A stretch of 64,000 nt of DNA. It comes from a phage. The notes under the pieces were generated by a model. It was not told the DNA's origin, made no database searches, and saw only the letters and a list, made by a program, of their open reading frames with translations. The position numbers and the translations under genes are program-made. Below are positions 42,660 to 52,655 of this stretch, piece after piece (the stretch's first letter is position 1; each line of letters starts with the position of its first letter). The stretch is taken from sequence record PX436236.1. The stretch is one strand, 5' to 3'.

Positions 42660-43943
42660 ATGGCAAAGATTAACGAATTACTGCGCGAGTCAACAACTAC
42701 TTCCAGCAACTCATTGGGTCGCCCTAATCTTGTTGCTTTGACCCGTGCTACAACCAAATTGATTTACCGTGATATTATCGCCGAACAACGTACTAGCCAG
42801 CCTATTGCTGCACTGTATGGTGTCAAATATCTTACCCCTGATAATGAATTTAGTTTCCAGACAGGTGCCTCTTATGGTGGTGAAGTTGGTTCTAAAGACC
42901 GTGAAACTATCCCAGAACTCACAGATAAGGCCCAGGCGATTGCTCAGGGTGAATATTTCAAGTACCAGAATGTGGTTTATAAGGCTCTTAAAGCAAGCCC
43001 ACTCGCGTCCACTAGCGCCACAGAATTGGCTGATGCTCTTCAAGAAGGTTTAGTGTCATTAACATGTCGTCTGGTTCCTGATGCTGCCCATACCACTAAA
43101 TTTGAAGCGAGTGATGTAGAAATCTCTGATGCTGTATTCCAGGTTAATAAATGGAATGCTCCGGTTAAGACCCGTAAATTGAAGACGGCTTTGACTGTAG
43201 AATTAGCGCAGGATATGGAATCAAATGGCTTTGACGCGCCGGCGTTCTTAGAAGACCTCTTGGCTACAGTAATGGCAGATGAAATTAATAAAGACGTTCT
43301 GCAATCTCTAATAACCGTATCCAAACGTTATAAAGTTACTGGTGTATCTGATAACGGCATCATCGATTTGTCTTATGACAGTGCTCCTGAATCTGCACGT
43401 AAACTTTATGAACTCGTTTGTGAGATGAATTCTGAAATCCAGAAAACTACTTCTTATTCTGGCACGTTTGTTGTGGCTTCAAGTCGTGTGGCTGCAATGC
43501 TTGCAGGTTCTGGCTGGTTAAAACATAAACCCGAAGATAATAATTGGCTTCCGGAAACTGCATACGGATATTTGTTGAATGGTCTGCCTCTGTTTTGTGA
43601 CGTTAACAGTCCATTAGATTATGTTACCGTTGGTGTTAAAGAGAATTACGGCGGTAATGAAGTTGTCGGTTCTATTTTCTACGCTCCCTATACCGAAGGC
43701 TTAGATTTAGATGACCAAGAACACGTCGGTGCTTATAAGGTTATTGTTGACCCGGATTCATTACAACCTTCTATTTCTCTGATGGTTCGTTATGCACTAT
43801 CAGCTAACCCGTACACCGTGGCTAAAGACGATAAAGAAGCTCGTGTTATCGATGCAACCAATATGGATTTAATGGCTGGACAGAGCAATATGTCTTATCT
43901 GGTTGGCGTTAAACTTCCGGCAATTATTTACGAGGCTGATTAA
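42660..43943 (+). CDS. 24: gp24 capsid vertex protein (copy 1)
   Basis: 427 aa; late promoter upstream; gp23/gp24 fold family. Confidence 0.9.
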   Translation: MAKINELLRESTTTSSNSLGRPNLVALTRATTKLIYRDIIAEQRTSQPIAALYGVKYLTPDNEFSFQTGASYGGEVGSKDRETIPELTDKAQAIAQGEYFKYQNVVYKALKASPLASTSATELADALQEGLVSLTCRLVPDAAHTTKFEASDVEISDAVFQVNKWNAPVKTRKLKTALTVELAQDMESNGFDAPAFLEDLLATVMADEINKDVLQSLITVSKRYKVTGVSDNGIIDLSYDSAPESARKLYELVCEMNSEIQKTTSYSGTFVVASSRVAAMLAGSGWLKHKPEDNNWLPETAYGYLLNGLPLFCDVNSPLDYVTVGVKENYGGNEVVGSIFYAPYTEGLDLDDQEHVGAYKVIVDPDSLQPSISLMVRYALSANPYTVAKDDKEARVIDATNMDLMAGQSNMSYLVGVKLPAIIYEAD

Positions 43944-45223
43944 TGTCTAAGATTGTAGACCTAATTAAAGAATCCACATTGACGGCTGCCAACTCGGTTG
44001 GCCGTCCTGCTCTTCTTTCATACACCCAAGCAACTAATAAACGAATCTTTAAAGCCCTAGTTGCTGAACAAAAAACAAATCAACCGGTTGCTGCTCTGTA
44101 TGGGGTACGTGTACTGAATCCTGACGACAAAATGACTTATCTTGGTGGAGCAACATTTGCGGGCCAGATTGGTATGACGGAACGTGAAAATATTCCAGAA
44201 TTTACTGATTCATCTACAGCTTATGCGGTCGGTGATATGTTCCAGTTTGAAAGCGTAGTGTTTAAAGTTCTAGAAGCATCTCCTTTCGCCGGAACCACAG
44301 AAACCAACCTCAGCGAAGTTATTTCTGAAGCAGTGGCAGCCGGCCATATCCGTATGGTGTCGGATGCTGCTATTACTTCTAAATTTGAACAAGGCCATCC
44401 TGAAATTGCTGAAACCGGATTCCGTATCGACAAATGGCAATCTGAAGTTAAATCACGTAAACTGAAAACTTCATTGACAGTCGAATTAGCCCAAGACCTA
44501 GAATCTAACGGGTTTAATGCTCCTAATTTTGTTGAAAATCTGCTAGGCATTCAAATGGCAGAAGAAATTAATAAGGATGTATTACAGTCATTAATTACCG
44601 TGAGCTCTCGTTTTAAAGTCCAGGGTGTTTCTGAAAAGGGTGTATTAGACCTTACCAACCCTCGCTACGATAATGCCCAGGACCGTGCTCGCACATTATA
44701 TTATTATATGTGTGAGATGAACTCTGCCGTCCAACGACAGACTTCTTTTGCCGGGACTTATGCAGTAGCTAGTTCTCGTTGTGCTGCTATTCTCGCCGCC
44801 TCTGGTTGGGTTGAGAAAAAGGAAGACCAGGACGAATTGGCTTATGGTATATTAAAGAATGGCCTACCACTTTATGCTGATATGAATAGTCCATGTGATT
44901 ATGTTATTGTTGGTGTAAATGCCCAGATGGGTGAAGGACAGACGGTCGCATCTTTATATTATGCGCCTTATACGGAAGGTTTGAATGTGGTTGACGAAGA
45001 AGGTGATACTTCAGTTGGTGAATTTAAGGTTATTGTTGACCCGGAAAGCTTACAACCTACAGTAGCATTGCTTGCTCGTTATGCATTGTCTGCAAACCCT
45101 TATACCGTCGCTAAGGACGATAAAGAAGCCCGCATTATTGATGGTTCTGATATGGACAAAATGGCTAATCAAAGTCAATTGAGTTCTTATCTCGGCGTAA
45201 AATTACCGCCTTTAGAAAAATAA
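43943..45223 (+). CDS. 24: gp24 capsid vertex protein paralogue (copy 2)
   Basis: 426 aa; roughly half-identical to copy 1 by eye, collinear. Confidence 0.85.
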   Translation: MSKIVDLIKESTLTAANSVGRPALLSYTQATNKRIFKALVAEQKTNQPVAALYGVRVLNPDDKMTYLGGATFAGQIGMTERENIPEFTDSSTAYAVGDMFQFESVVFKVLEASPFAGTTETNLSEVISEAVAAGHIRMVSDAAITSKFEQGHPEIAETGFRIDKWQSEVKSRKLKTSLTVELAQDLESNGFNAPNFVENLLGIQMAEEINKDVLQSLITVSSRFKVQGVSEKGVLDLTNPRYDNAQDRARTLYYYMCEMNSAVQRQTSFAGTYAVASSRCAAILAASGWVEKKEDQDELAYGILKNGLPLYADMNSPCDYVIVGVNAQMGEGQTVASLYYAPYTEGLNVVDEEGDTSVGEFKVIVDPESLQPTVALLARYALSANPYTVAKDDKEARIIDGSDMDKMANQSQLSSYLGVKLPPLEK

Positions 45224-45246
45224 AAGGGACCGTAAGGTCCCTTTAT
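45224..45246. terminator. bidirectional terminator between gp24 copy 2 and rnlB
   Basis: AGGGACC-GTAA-GGTCCCT flanked by A/T runs. Confidence 0.6.
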
Positions 45247-45249
45247 CGT

Positions 45250-46257
45250 TTATTTGGATACTAGTTCAATCCATACATGTCTTAATGTTTCTTTTACGCA
45301 CTCAATGAGCTGCTTTTTAACTTCAACGGGATTTTCCGCATCAGTTAATTCCAATTCTTCACGGGCGGCTTCTTCAAGGATATCCTGGACTGTCAAGCCC
45401 ATCACCTTTCCGAAATCCTTCGGCGATACTTCGCCAATCTTACTGATGACATTGTTAATGCGGTTAACAGTCACATAATCGGTGAATTGCCACATCAAAT
45501 CCATATCGTCTTGGGACAATACCACTGCAACTTTAATAGGCTTATCAGACTTTTTCTTCTCGCTGAATTTAGAGTTCTTACATTTAATCGCCACACGATT
45601 TCCGTTTGGAAGCCAGGTAGGAACATCAGGTTTCAATACAAAGCCTTCAGCCGTGAATACCTTACCTTCTACCTTAGGAATAAAATCGGTTGAGTTTGCA
45701 ATAGTTAAGCCTGCGTTATCCACTGCAAAATTATAATCAGGAACAACTGAATCAAAATCATTAGGAAGTTTAATAAGGTCTTCAAAGCTACCGGTGGCCA
45801 GACATGGAGCTACCTTAAACTTATGGATAATACAGAAGGCTTCCATCAATGTATCGGTTAGAACAGATTCTGAGCCATCTTCTTTAGTAACTCGGATATC
45901 GAACACATAAAAGTCTTTATCACCATAGTCCACATTCTTCTGGATACCTGGCCCAGCGAATTCGCCGTAAATCTGATATGACTGGTAATTAATCGATTCG
46001 ATTAGATGTTGAACAGATTTAATAGAATCAGCATAGTTCTTAAGTACAATTTCATAGCCATAGAAATCTTCAGCAGGGAGGATAGGGCCAGTGCGCTTGG
46101 CGCATGTGACTGCGTCACGTTCTATGATTAAACTAAAGTTGGTTCCATGAATCTTCTCACGTGCTACCCATTCACCACCAGTCAAACCGTTAGTACGGAG
46201 TTTTTCGATAAACTTACTGTTGTAGTGGTTTTCGAGACTGCTATATTTCTTGAACAT
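45250..46257 (-). CDS. rnlB: RNA ligase 2
   Basis: 335 aa; [20 protein letters not shown] and KIHGTN ligase motif as in T4 Rnl2. Confidence 0.9.
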   Translation of the reverse strand: MFKKYSSLENHYNSKFIEKLRTNGLTGGEWVAREKIHGTNFSLIIERDAVTCAKRTGPILPAEDFYGYEIVLKNYADSIKSVQHLIESINYQSYQIYGEFAGPGIQKNVDYGDKDFYVFDIRVTKEDGSESVLTDTLMEAFCIIHKFKVAPCLATGSFEDLIKLPNDFDSVVPDYNFAVDNAGLTIANSTDFIPKVEGKVFTAEGFVLKPDVPTWLPNGNRVAIKCKNSKFSEKKKSDKPIKVAVVLSQDDMDLMWQFTDYVTVNRINNVISKIGEVSPKDFGKVMGLTVQDILEEAAREELELTDAENPVEVKKQLIECVKETLRHVWIELVSK

Positions 46258-46343
46258 AAATCACCATAATAAATATAATTAAATAGAAGAGCTAGTAGTC
46301 TTCTGTCACCAAGCCAAATGGTTTAACGGAAGGACCTAGACCC

Positions 46344-46376
46344 ATTATATCACACCTAAATTTAAAGCATATTACT
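46344..46376 (-). promoter_or_regulatory. possible MotA-dependent middle promoter (ATGCTTTA box, spacer, TATAAT) upstream of rnlB
   Basis: Minus strand AGTAATATGCTTTAA-N13-TATAAT; 15-mer repeated at 7384-7398. Confidence 0.35.
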
Positions 46377-46620
46377 TTGAACTAGAACGCGCTTTGCGCC
46401 GAACCTTGTTGTTCAATCTTTTACGATAAACAACCTTTTCTTTCGCTTTAAATTTGGCCTTGGCTTGTTCTACATCAACCCATGCTTTGGCCATGTCCTT
46501 AGCGGTCCCGCCCATTTTTTTAGCAATTTCTATAAAATTCAACCCAGATTCGTGTAAAAAATGTACTTTAACCTTATCCATAACAATTCTCTCGTTGAGT
46601 TGGTAAACCCATCTTAACAT
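46372..46620 (-). CDS. small basic helix-turn-helix-like protein
   Basis: 82 aa; alternative ATG at 46581 (MDKVKVHF...); occupies T4 24.2/24.3 position. Confidence 0.45.
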   Translation of the reverse strand: MLRWVYQLNERIVMDKVKVHFLHESGLNFIEIAKKMGGTAKDMAKAWVDVEQAKAKFKAKEKVVYRKRLNNKVRRKARSSSK

Positions 46621-46654
46621 AGAATTTTTAACTTGTAAACAGGAATTTTGTACT

Positions 46655-46680
46655 TTAATGCAAAATGGGCCTTGCGGCCC
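46655..46680 (-). terminator. terminator after hoc
   Basis: GGGCC-TTGC-GGCCC hairpin 5 nt after hoc stop, followed by ATTTTG on minus strand. Confidence 0.5.
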
Positions 46681-46684
46681 ATTA

Positions 46685-47533
46685 TTAATAAATGTAATCG
46701 TATATAATACCAGCTTCTAAAGCGGTGCGATGAATAATTCGACCATTACGAGATTCTTGTACATCAACCTCTGAATAGTCGGTAATCATTTTTTGAAGTG
46801 TATATCGGTGCAAATAATACGGGCTATCCGGGTCATCTGTTTTCCAGTCTTTGCCTTCAAGAGTCATTTTCTGGATTTCATCCATAACCCACCAACCAAC
46901 CCAAATATATGCTGAATTACGAACAGGGAGTGGATGAACGTAAGGTAATTCGCCATCCGGAACCGGTGCGACTTTAGCCGTGACTGTTACATTACCGGTT
47001 TTTGTGACAGTCGCCGGGTTATAATCAGTCGCCGAAACCACAACAGAAACTTCAATAACCTGTGAACCTTCAGTGCTTGTATCGATTGCTAGAGTATCCG
47101 TGGTGCCAACTACAGGAGAACCGTCTTTCTTCCAAGAATAGGCAAAAGTAGCACCAGCAGGAGCGCCGACCACATTCGCTTTAAAAGAAGCTGGAGTGCC
47201 TTCCGGAACATTAATCGAAGCTGGGGTTAATGTCACAGAAACACCGGAAATGGTTTTATTCTGGATAGTTAAAGTTGTTTCGGCTTCAGCTGTTTCTGGT
47301 TCGCCGTCCGCCGGTGTAGTTGTTGCAACAACTTTAATAGTCTTGCTGCCTGCCGGGCCAACAGCAACATAATCCATTGCAGCAGTCACAGAAGATTGAG
47401 GAACGCCATCAACAGTCCAGACAAATGATTCAGTACCTTCAGCTGCAGCACCGGAACCGGTCGCAGTGAAATTGGTTGTTGCTCCAATAACGGCCGTAGC
47501 CGCCAAAGGAGCCATATCTACGGTATAAGCCAT
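46685..47533 (-). CDS. hoc: Hoc highly immunogenic outer capsid protein
   Basis: 282 aa; Ig-like repeats and conserved C-terminal capsid-binding region (ELPYVHPLP...WVMDEIQKMT). Confidence 0.85.
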   Translation of the reverse strand: MAYTVDMAPLAATAVIGATTNFTATGSGAAAEGTESFVWTVDGVPQSSVTAAMDYVAVGPAGSKTIKVVATTTPADGEPETAEAETTLTIQNKTISGVSVTLTPASINVPEGTPASFKANVVGAPAGATFAYSWKKDGSPVVGTTDTLAIDTSTEGSQVIEVSVVVSATDYNPATVTKTGNVTVTAKVAPVPDGELPYVHPLPVRNSAYIWVGWWVMDEIQKMTLEGKDWKTDDPDSPYYLHRYTLQKMITDYSEVDVQESRNGRIIHRTALEAGIIYDYIY

Positions 47534-47542
47534 AATAAACCC

Positions 47543-48214
47543 TTATTTTAAAGTGACAAAAGATGAGTTACGAGTTTCACGTACTAATACTGAACCATTA
47601 CGATTAATGTAATAAATCAGACTAAATAATGTTTGGTGGGCAGAAGGATGTTGGAAAGCAGTTGGACGTTCTTTCCAATCCGGAGTCTCAGAAATCCATT
47701 GGTAAATCCACCAAGGAACGGTGCAATAACCTGGGTTCTTACCGATAAGCAAAAGATTAGGACTGAAGTTTTCAGGTAAAGAGAATACAGGTTTTTCAGA
47801 TTCAACAACCTTGGCTATAGCCCCTTTGAATTTCTCTTCGTCAAATGGAACATCCTCTTCGATAATCTCTACCTTAGGAAGTTCGGCTACCTCAACGACT
47901 TCTACTGCAGCCTCAGGGGCATCGAACAACAGGGTGGCTTCTTCTTTAGCTGGTTCAGCACCATCAACAAATTCGTTAGCACCTGTAAGTTCGTCGGCAG
48001 CATCAATCAAATCAGAAATGGACAACCCTTCGGTTTCTGGGAGTGGTTCGTCAGCCAAGGCTTTAAGGCCTTCAGAGATATCGATAATCAAATTATCAAA
48101 CGAACGGGTTTTCTTAAGTTTTAAACCGAACTGTTCGCCGTATTCGATTAACTTAGCTTTAGCTTCTTTTTTATCTTCGAGTGCACGAAGCTCTTCAATA
48201 TATTGAGTATCCAT
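47543..48214 (-). CDS. inh: Inh inhibitor of prohead protease
   Basis: 223 aa (T4 ~226); synteny. Confidence 0.75.
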   Translation of the reverse strand: MDTQYIEELRALEDKKEAKAKLIEYGEQFGLKLKKTRSFDNLIIDISEGLKALADEPLPETEGLSISDLIDAADELTGANEFVDGAEPAKEEATLLFDAPEAAVEVVEVAELPKVEIIEEDVPFDEEKFKGAIAKVVESEKPVFSLPENFSPNLLLIGKNPGYCTVPWWIYQWISETPDWKERPTAFQHPSAHQTLFSLIYYINRNGSVLVRETRNSSFVTLK

Positions 48215-48233
48215 AATTAGTCTCTTGTTGGTG

Positions 48234-48255
48234 TATAAATATAACTATATTTATA
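48234..48255. promoter_or_regulatory. divergent late promoters for inh (minus) and uvsW (plus)
   Basis: plus TATAAATA 48234-48241; minus TATAAATA 48248-48255. Confidence 0.55.
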
Positions 48256-48269
48256 ACTGAGAATTACTT

Positions 48270-49766
48270 ATGCAAATTCAAGTACATTTTGATAATTTTA
48301 GTCATGTCCGTATTGAATGCGATGAATCTACATTCTACGAACTCAGAGACTATTTTAGCTTTGAAGCTGATGGATATAAATTCAACCCTAAATTTCGTTA
48401 TGGTCAATGGGACGGACGTATTCGCCTTCTGGATTACAACCGTAAACTTCCTTATGGATTGGTCCCTCAAATTAAAAAGTTCGCTGAACAATTTGAATAC
48501 TCTCTGTGGATTGACCCACGTATTCTTGAACAGGAAGATATTTCTCGTGAAGATTTTGATTCATGGGTGGCTTCTCAAGAAATTTATTCAGGGTCTACCA
48601 AGATTGAGCCTCATTGGTATCAGAATGAAGCCGTATACAACGGCCTGACAAAACGTCGCGCAATTCTGAATTTACCTACATCTGCAGGTAAATCATTAAT
48701 CCAGGCACTCCTGAGTCGATATTACGTTGAGAACTATGAAGGTAAAATCCTCATCTTAGTTCCTACTACTGCACTTGTCGACCAGATGATTAACGACTTC
48801 ATCGATTATCGTCTGTTCCCTAAAGCCGCAATGCTTGGTATTCGTTCAGGTACTGCTCGTGATTCCGATGCAATGATTTATGTTTCAACTTATCAAACCG
48901 CTATCAAGCAACCTAAAGAATGGTTTGCTCAGTTCGGTATGTTTATGAACGACGAATGCCATTTGGCTACAGGTAAATCTATTTCTACTATCATCGAAGG
49001 CCTAACCAACTGTATGTTTAAATTCGGTTTGTCGGGTTCTTTAAAAGATGGTAAAGCTAATTTAATGCAATATATGGGCTTGTTTGGTGATGTGTTTAAG
49101 CCAGTATCCACCTCCCAATTAATGGAAGAAGGACAGGTTACTGACCTTAAAATCAACAGTATTTTCCTTCGATACCCAGACGAATTCACGGTTAAAATGA
49201 AAGGTAAAGATTACCAATCAGAAATCAAGGTCATTACTAAGGCTACTCGTCGTAATAAATGGGTTGCTAATTTAGCTGTTAAACTCGCTAAGAAAGAAGA
49301 GAACGTATTCCTGATGTTTAAAAACATCGAACACGGTAAAACTCTTTTTGAAATGGTTAAAGAGCAACATAAAGAAGTTTATTACGTATCAGGTGAAGTT
49401 AATACCGAAACGCGTAATGCTCTGAAGGTAATGGCGGAAAATGGTAAGGGTATTATTGTTGTGGCAAGTTATGGTGTGTTCTCTACAGGTATTTCCGTTA
49501 AGAACCTTCACCACGTTGTATTTGCCCATCCAGTAAAATCTAAAATCATTGTACTCCAGACAATTGGTCGTGTACTCCGTAAACATGCCTCTAAATCAAC
49601 AGCACAGGTGTGGGATATCATCGACGACATGGGTGTTAAGCCTAAATCAGCTACGGCTAAAAAGAAATATGTTCATTTGAACTACGCCCTCAAACACGCT
49701 TTAGAACGTATTCAACGTTATGCTGATGAGAAATTTAATTACGTAATGAAACAGGTGGATTTATGA
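48270..49766 (+). CDS. uvsW: UvsW DNA/RNA helicase
   Basis: 498 aa; helicase motifs (NLPTSAGKS Walker A, DECH); high similarity to T4 UvsW. Confidence 0.9.
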   Translation: MQIQVHFDNFSHVRIECDESTFYELRDYFSFEADGYKFNPKFRYGQWDGRIRLLDYNRKLPYGLVPQIKKFAEQFEYSLWIDPRILEQEDISREDFDSWVASQEIYSGSTKIEPHWYQNEAVYNGLTKRRAILNLPTSAGKSLIQALLSRYYVENYEGKILILVPTTALVDQMINDFIDYRLFPKAAMLGIRSGTARDSDAMIYVSTYQTAIKQPKEWFAQFGMFMNDECHLATGKSISTIIEGLTNCMFKFGLSGSLKDGKANLMQYMGLFGDVFKPVSTSQLMEEGQVTDLKINSIFLRYPDEFTVKMKGKDYQSEIKVITKATRRNKWVANLAVKLAKKEENVFLMFKNIEHGKTLFEMVKEQHKEVYYVSGEVNTETRNALKVMAENGKGIIVVASYGVFSTGISVKNLHHVVFAHPVKSKIIVLQTIGRVLRKHASKSTAQVWDIIDDMGVKPKSATAKKKYVHLNYALKHALERIQRYADEKFNYVMKQVDL

Positions 49767-49990
49767 AAACCTTTAAAGAAGTTATTCAAGAAGCATCTAT
49801 TGAAAGCTTCATGGCTAAAATTGGTTCTTGTCAGACTATGGACGGTCTGAAGGAACTAGAGAAGTATTACAAAACTCGTAGTAAGGAAGCTGAACTTCGT
49901 GATTCGGACGATATTAGCGTGCGTGATGCATTGGCTGGTAAGAGAGCTGAATTGGAGTCGATGGACGACGAGGAAGAGGAAGATTTCTAA
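49763..49990 (+). CDS. uvsW.1: UvsW.1-like small protein
   Basis: 75 aa; position after uvsW; CTS-like N-terminus MKTFKEVIQE and acidic C-terminus DEEEEDF. Confidence 0.6.
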   Translation: MKTFKEVIQEASIESFMAKIGSCQTMDGLKELEKYYKTRSKEAELRDSDDISVRDALAGKRAELESMDDEEEEDF

Positions 49991-50017
49991 ACAAAAAAGG
50001 CCCAACCTTTCGGAAGG
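49990..50017 (-). terminator. intrinsic terminator, repeat copy 3 (after uvsY operon; also abuts uvsW.1 stop)
   Basis: Same hairpin plus T-run on minus strand. Confidence 0.55.
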
Positions 50018-50049
50018 GCCAATAACCATAAATGGCTATACACACTAGA

Positions 50050-50217
50050 CTAAAGTAGTAATTGGGTTTCGTTCAGCTGTTCTTCAGTGTTTTCCGTAAC
50101 AGGCAGGCTTTGAACGTAATTATAGCATGAGCCCGGATGAACCGGACCTTTTTCTGTTTCAACAACCAATGCAGCATCGATTGGAGTTTTACAGACAACG
50201 CAAATCTTATCTGACAT
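50050..50217 (-). CDS. small Cys-containing protein (55 aa), uvsY.-2 position
   Basis: Below ORF-track cutoff; ATG with AAGGAG SD; CVVCK...C spacing suggests metal binding. Confidence 0.35.
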   Translation of the reverse strand: MSDKICVVCKTPIDAALVVETEKGPVHPGSCYNYVQSLPVTENTEEQLNETQLLL

Positions 50218-50245
50218 GATTGTCTCCTTAGTTTAACTTACATAC

Positions 50246-50350
50246 CTATTTATTACTTGCTAAAGCAGCATTAATGAATTTTTGGAGTTCGTCCATCCGC
50301 TCTTTAGATGGTTTAGGGCATTTATTGATGACTGGTTTACGATAACTCAT
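50246..50350 (-). CDS. small protein (34 aa), uvsY.-1 position
   Basis: ATGA start/stop overlap with uvsY. Confidence 0.3.
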   Translation of the reverse strand: MSYRKPVINKCPKPSKERMDELQKFINAALASNK

Positions 50351-50781
50351 TTGCCCGCCTCAAATTGTCTCATCTCATGCATGGTCTTAAGGTTAAAACC
50401 ACGAGCCTTAATAGCATCAAGTGCTGAACTACAAAAGTCTTGTAATAAAGCCCAATACTGAATTGATGTGTCGATTTTAATTACACTAGAATCCGCAGCC
50501 ATAACGGTCTTTAATTCAGATTTCTCATATTGGTCCATACAAACCTCATCACCAGGCTCTCCACGTCCCGTGTAGAAATCTAATCGCTTCTTAAGTGAGG
50601 TCTTTTTCTGGATTTCTAATCTCATTATTTCTTTCTTACAATTCGTATACAGCCTTAGCCATTTGCTGTGCAGCAAAACGTTGTTCTGTACTTCATATTG
50701 TAAACGAGTTCCATCAATCTTTAAATCTTCATCCAAAGCATCTTGAAACGACTCCAACTTGTACTCAATCTCTTTACTCAT
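50347..50781 (-). CDS. uvsY: UvsY recombination mediator
   Basis: Strong similarity to T4 UvsY; ATG at 50781 with AGGAAA SD chosen over the longer track ORF. Confidence 0.85.
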   Translation of the reverse strand: MSKEIEYKLESFQDALDEDLKIDGTRLQYEVQNNVLLHSKWLRLYTNCKKEIMRLEIQKKTSLKKRLDFYTGRGEPGDEVCMDQYEKSELKTVMAADSSVIKIDTSIQYWALLQDFCSSALDAIKARGFNLKTMHEMRQFEAGK

Positions 50782-50839
50782 CGCATGTTTCCTGTGTAAT
50801 AACCATAGGACCATTATACACTATTCATTTGAACAGCAA

Positions 50840-51229
50840 TTAACCACTCTGTGAGAGCTGGATTCTAATTTGCTCTAATGTATCCGGGTCATCAACGATA
50901 CTAAACTGAACGGTCACGATAATCGAGTTATCATCGTACACAGGTGTCACACCTACAGCTAGAGCAGAAATTCTGGGTTCGAAGTTCCGCACTGCGGAAA
51001 CTATATTACGCTTAATGGTATCCGTGATTAATGGAGTAATATTCTCAAACAATTGGTTGCTGATGTCACAACCGAATTCAGGCATAAAAGGGCGCGAACC
51101 CTTGCGAGTAGTAATAATGCCTAACAAACTATTTTTTACTGCGCGAGCACCTGTAGCTTTAGCGACGTCTCTATTCCAAGACGTCCTCATTTCAGGGTCT
51201 AAATCTGAATACATTTTATTGATATTCAT
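50840..51229 (-). CDS. 25: gp25 baseplate wedge protein
   Basis: 129 aa; synteny. Confidence 0.85.
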   Translation of the reverse strand: MNINKMYSDLDPEMRTSWNRDVAKATGARAVKNSLLGIITTRKGSRPFMPEFGCDISNQLFENITPLITDTIKRNIVSAVRNFEPRISALAVGVTPVYDDNSIIVTVQFSIVDDPDTLEQIRIQLSQSG

Positions 51230-51852
51230 TACATCACCTTAAAGAACTCTTTAAGTCCCTCAATAACGTGGACGGTGTGTTCACCACATTCACAAGAAAT
51301 AGGTATAGCCAAAATAGGCTTAGGGGCGACTAGTGCATCATAAACTTCTTTTATATCTTTTTCTGTTATCACAGAATAAAGGTCATCAAGTTCCGCATCG
51401 CTTAAATCGGAAAGAAGAAGCTTTTCGCCTGCAGAAGTTAAAATATAATCGATACACCCTGCGACCATCATAGCTCTATTTTTATCTTCAAAGAGTTTAG
51501 GATATCTGAAAACAATTTTAAAGTTGCCAAAGTCTTTAATAACATCCGGCTCTTTACCCAATGTTGCTCGAGTTAGTGTCATAGGGACAACCTGTGAGCG
51601 ACCACAACTACAACTCCACTCACGTTCTATATTCACTTCAGCTAATGAATGGGCCCACAGGTTTATCACCAGGAGCTCAGATTCTTGCTTGTTTAAATCA
51701 CGAGCATCTGTGCAATTCGAAATGAGTTCATTGATAAAGGACTCTATTCTGCCTTCTAATTTAGCTTGGAGCAAGTCCTTATACTCTCTGAGGGTAAATG
51801 CTCTGCATTTTATGGTTTTGTTTTTAATTTTTACGTCAAAAGTATAATTCAT
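51229..51852 (-). CDS. 26: gp26 baseplate hub protein
   Basis: 207 aa (T4 208); late promoter and AAGGAG SD. Confidence 0.8.
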   Translation of the reverse strand: MNYTFDVKIKNKTIKCRAFTLREYKDLLQAKLEGRIESFINELISNCTDARDLNKQESELLVINLWAHSLAEVNIEREWSCSCGRSQVVPMTLTRATLGKEPDVIKDFGNFKIVFRYPKLFEDKNRAMMVAGCIDYILTSAGEKLLLSDLSDAELDDLYSVITEKDIKEVYDALVAPKPILAIPISCECGEHTVHVIEGLKEFFKVM

Positions 51853-51870
51853 TGTCTTCTCCTTTAAGCT

Positions 51871-51882
51871 TATTTATAAATA
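51871..51882. promoter_or_regulatory. overlapping divergent late promoters (TATTTATAAATA) for gp26 and gp51
   Basis: 12-bp palindrome read as TATAAATA on both strands; SDs on each side. Confidence 0.6.
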
Positions 51883-51902
51883 CATCAATAAGAGGACACC
51901 CT

Positions 51903-52655
51903 ATGGCTAATATAGTACGTTGTGAAATGCCTGATGGAGTCCACCGATTTAAACCTTTTACAGTAGCTGATTATCGTGATTTTATTTTGATTCGAAATGA
52001 CATGAATAATAAATCGCCTGAAGAGCAAAAACAAATTTTAGATGAGTTACTGGAAGAATACTTCGGTGAATATCCTATGTCATGGCGCCCATATATGTTC
52101 ATTGAACTTTATACGTCATCACTCGGCAAGACCAAAATTCCTATCCGATACACTTGTAGTAAGTGTGAAAAGGATAGACAAGTTTTATTCAATTTGAAAC
52201 AGACCAAGTTAGATAATCCCACAATTGAAGTGGCCGGCTTGAAGCTAACATTCAAATTTCCGGAAATAGAATATCAAGACAAATCCGAATTGATTCTGAA
52301 CACCCTCCAAACCGTGGAAGATGAAAACGGGAAATATAATTGGACTGACCTTTCTGAAGAAGACCAATTAGCCGTAATAGATGCTATAGACTTATCCACT
52401 TTAGAGGATATAGTCAAACAAACTAGCCCTATTAATTTTGAACTAAAATATGGATGCTGTAATCGTAGAACAATTACGTATACCGATATTTTAGAGGTGT
52501 TTAAGCTTATAGTCAACCCGGATGAGATATTTTTATTTTACCAAATAAACCATTTACTGGTAAAGAACAATTATTCATTAGAAAGCATTATGCAGATGAT
52601 TCCAATCGAACGCGGTATTGCTTTGTCTTTGGTTGAAAAGGACCTTAAGAAATGA
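51903..52655 (+). CDS. 51: gp51 baseplate hub assembly protein
   Basis: ATG at 51903 (MANIVRC...) after TATAAATA and AGAGGA SD; track start 51852 is TTG. Confidence 0.8.
   Translation: MANIVRCEMPDGVHRFKPFTVADYRDFILIRNDMNNKSPEEQKQILDELLEEYFGEYPMSWRPYMFIELYTSSLGKTKIPIRYTCSKCEKDRQVLFNLKQTKLDNPTIEVAGLKLTFKFPEIEYQDKSELILNTLQTVEDENGKYNWTDLSEEDQLAVIDAIDLSTLEDIVKQTSPINFELKYGCCNRRTITYTDILEVFKLIVNPDEIFLFYQINHLLVKNNYSLESIMQMIPIERGIALSLVEKDLKK

Noticed and set aside
47811-48206. 131-aa Ser-rich plus-strand ORF
   Set aside because: Antisense to inh; translation is low-complexity (poly-Ser/Ala); no translation signals.
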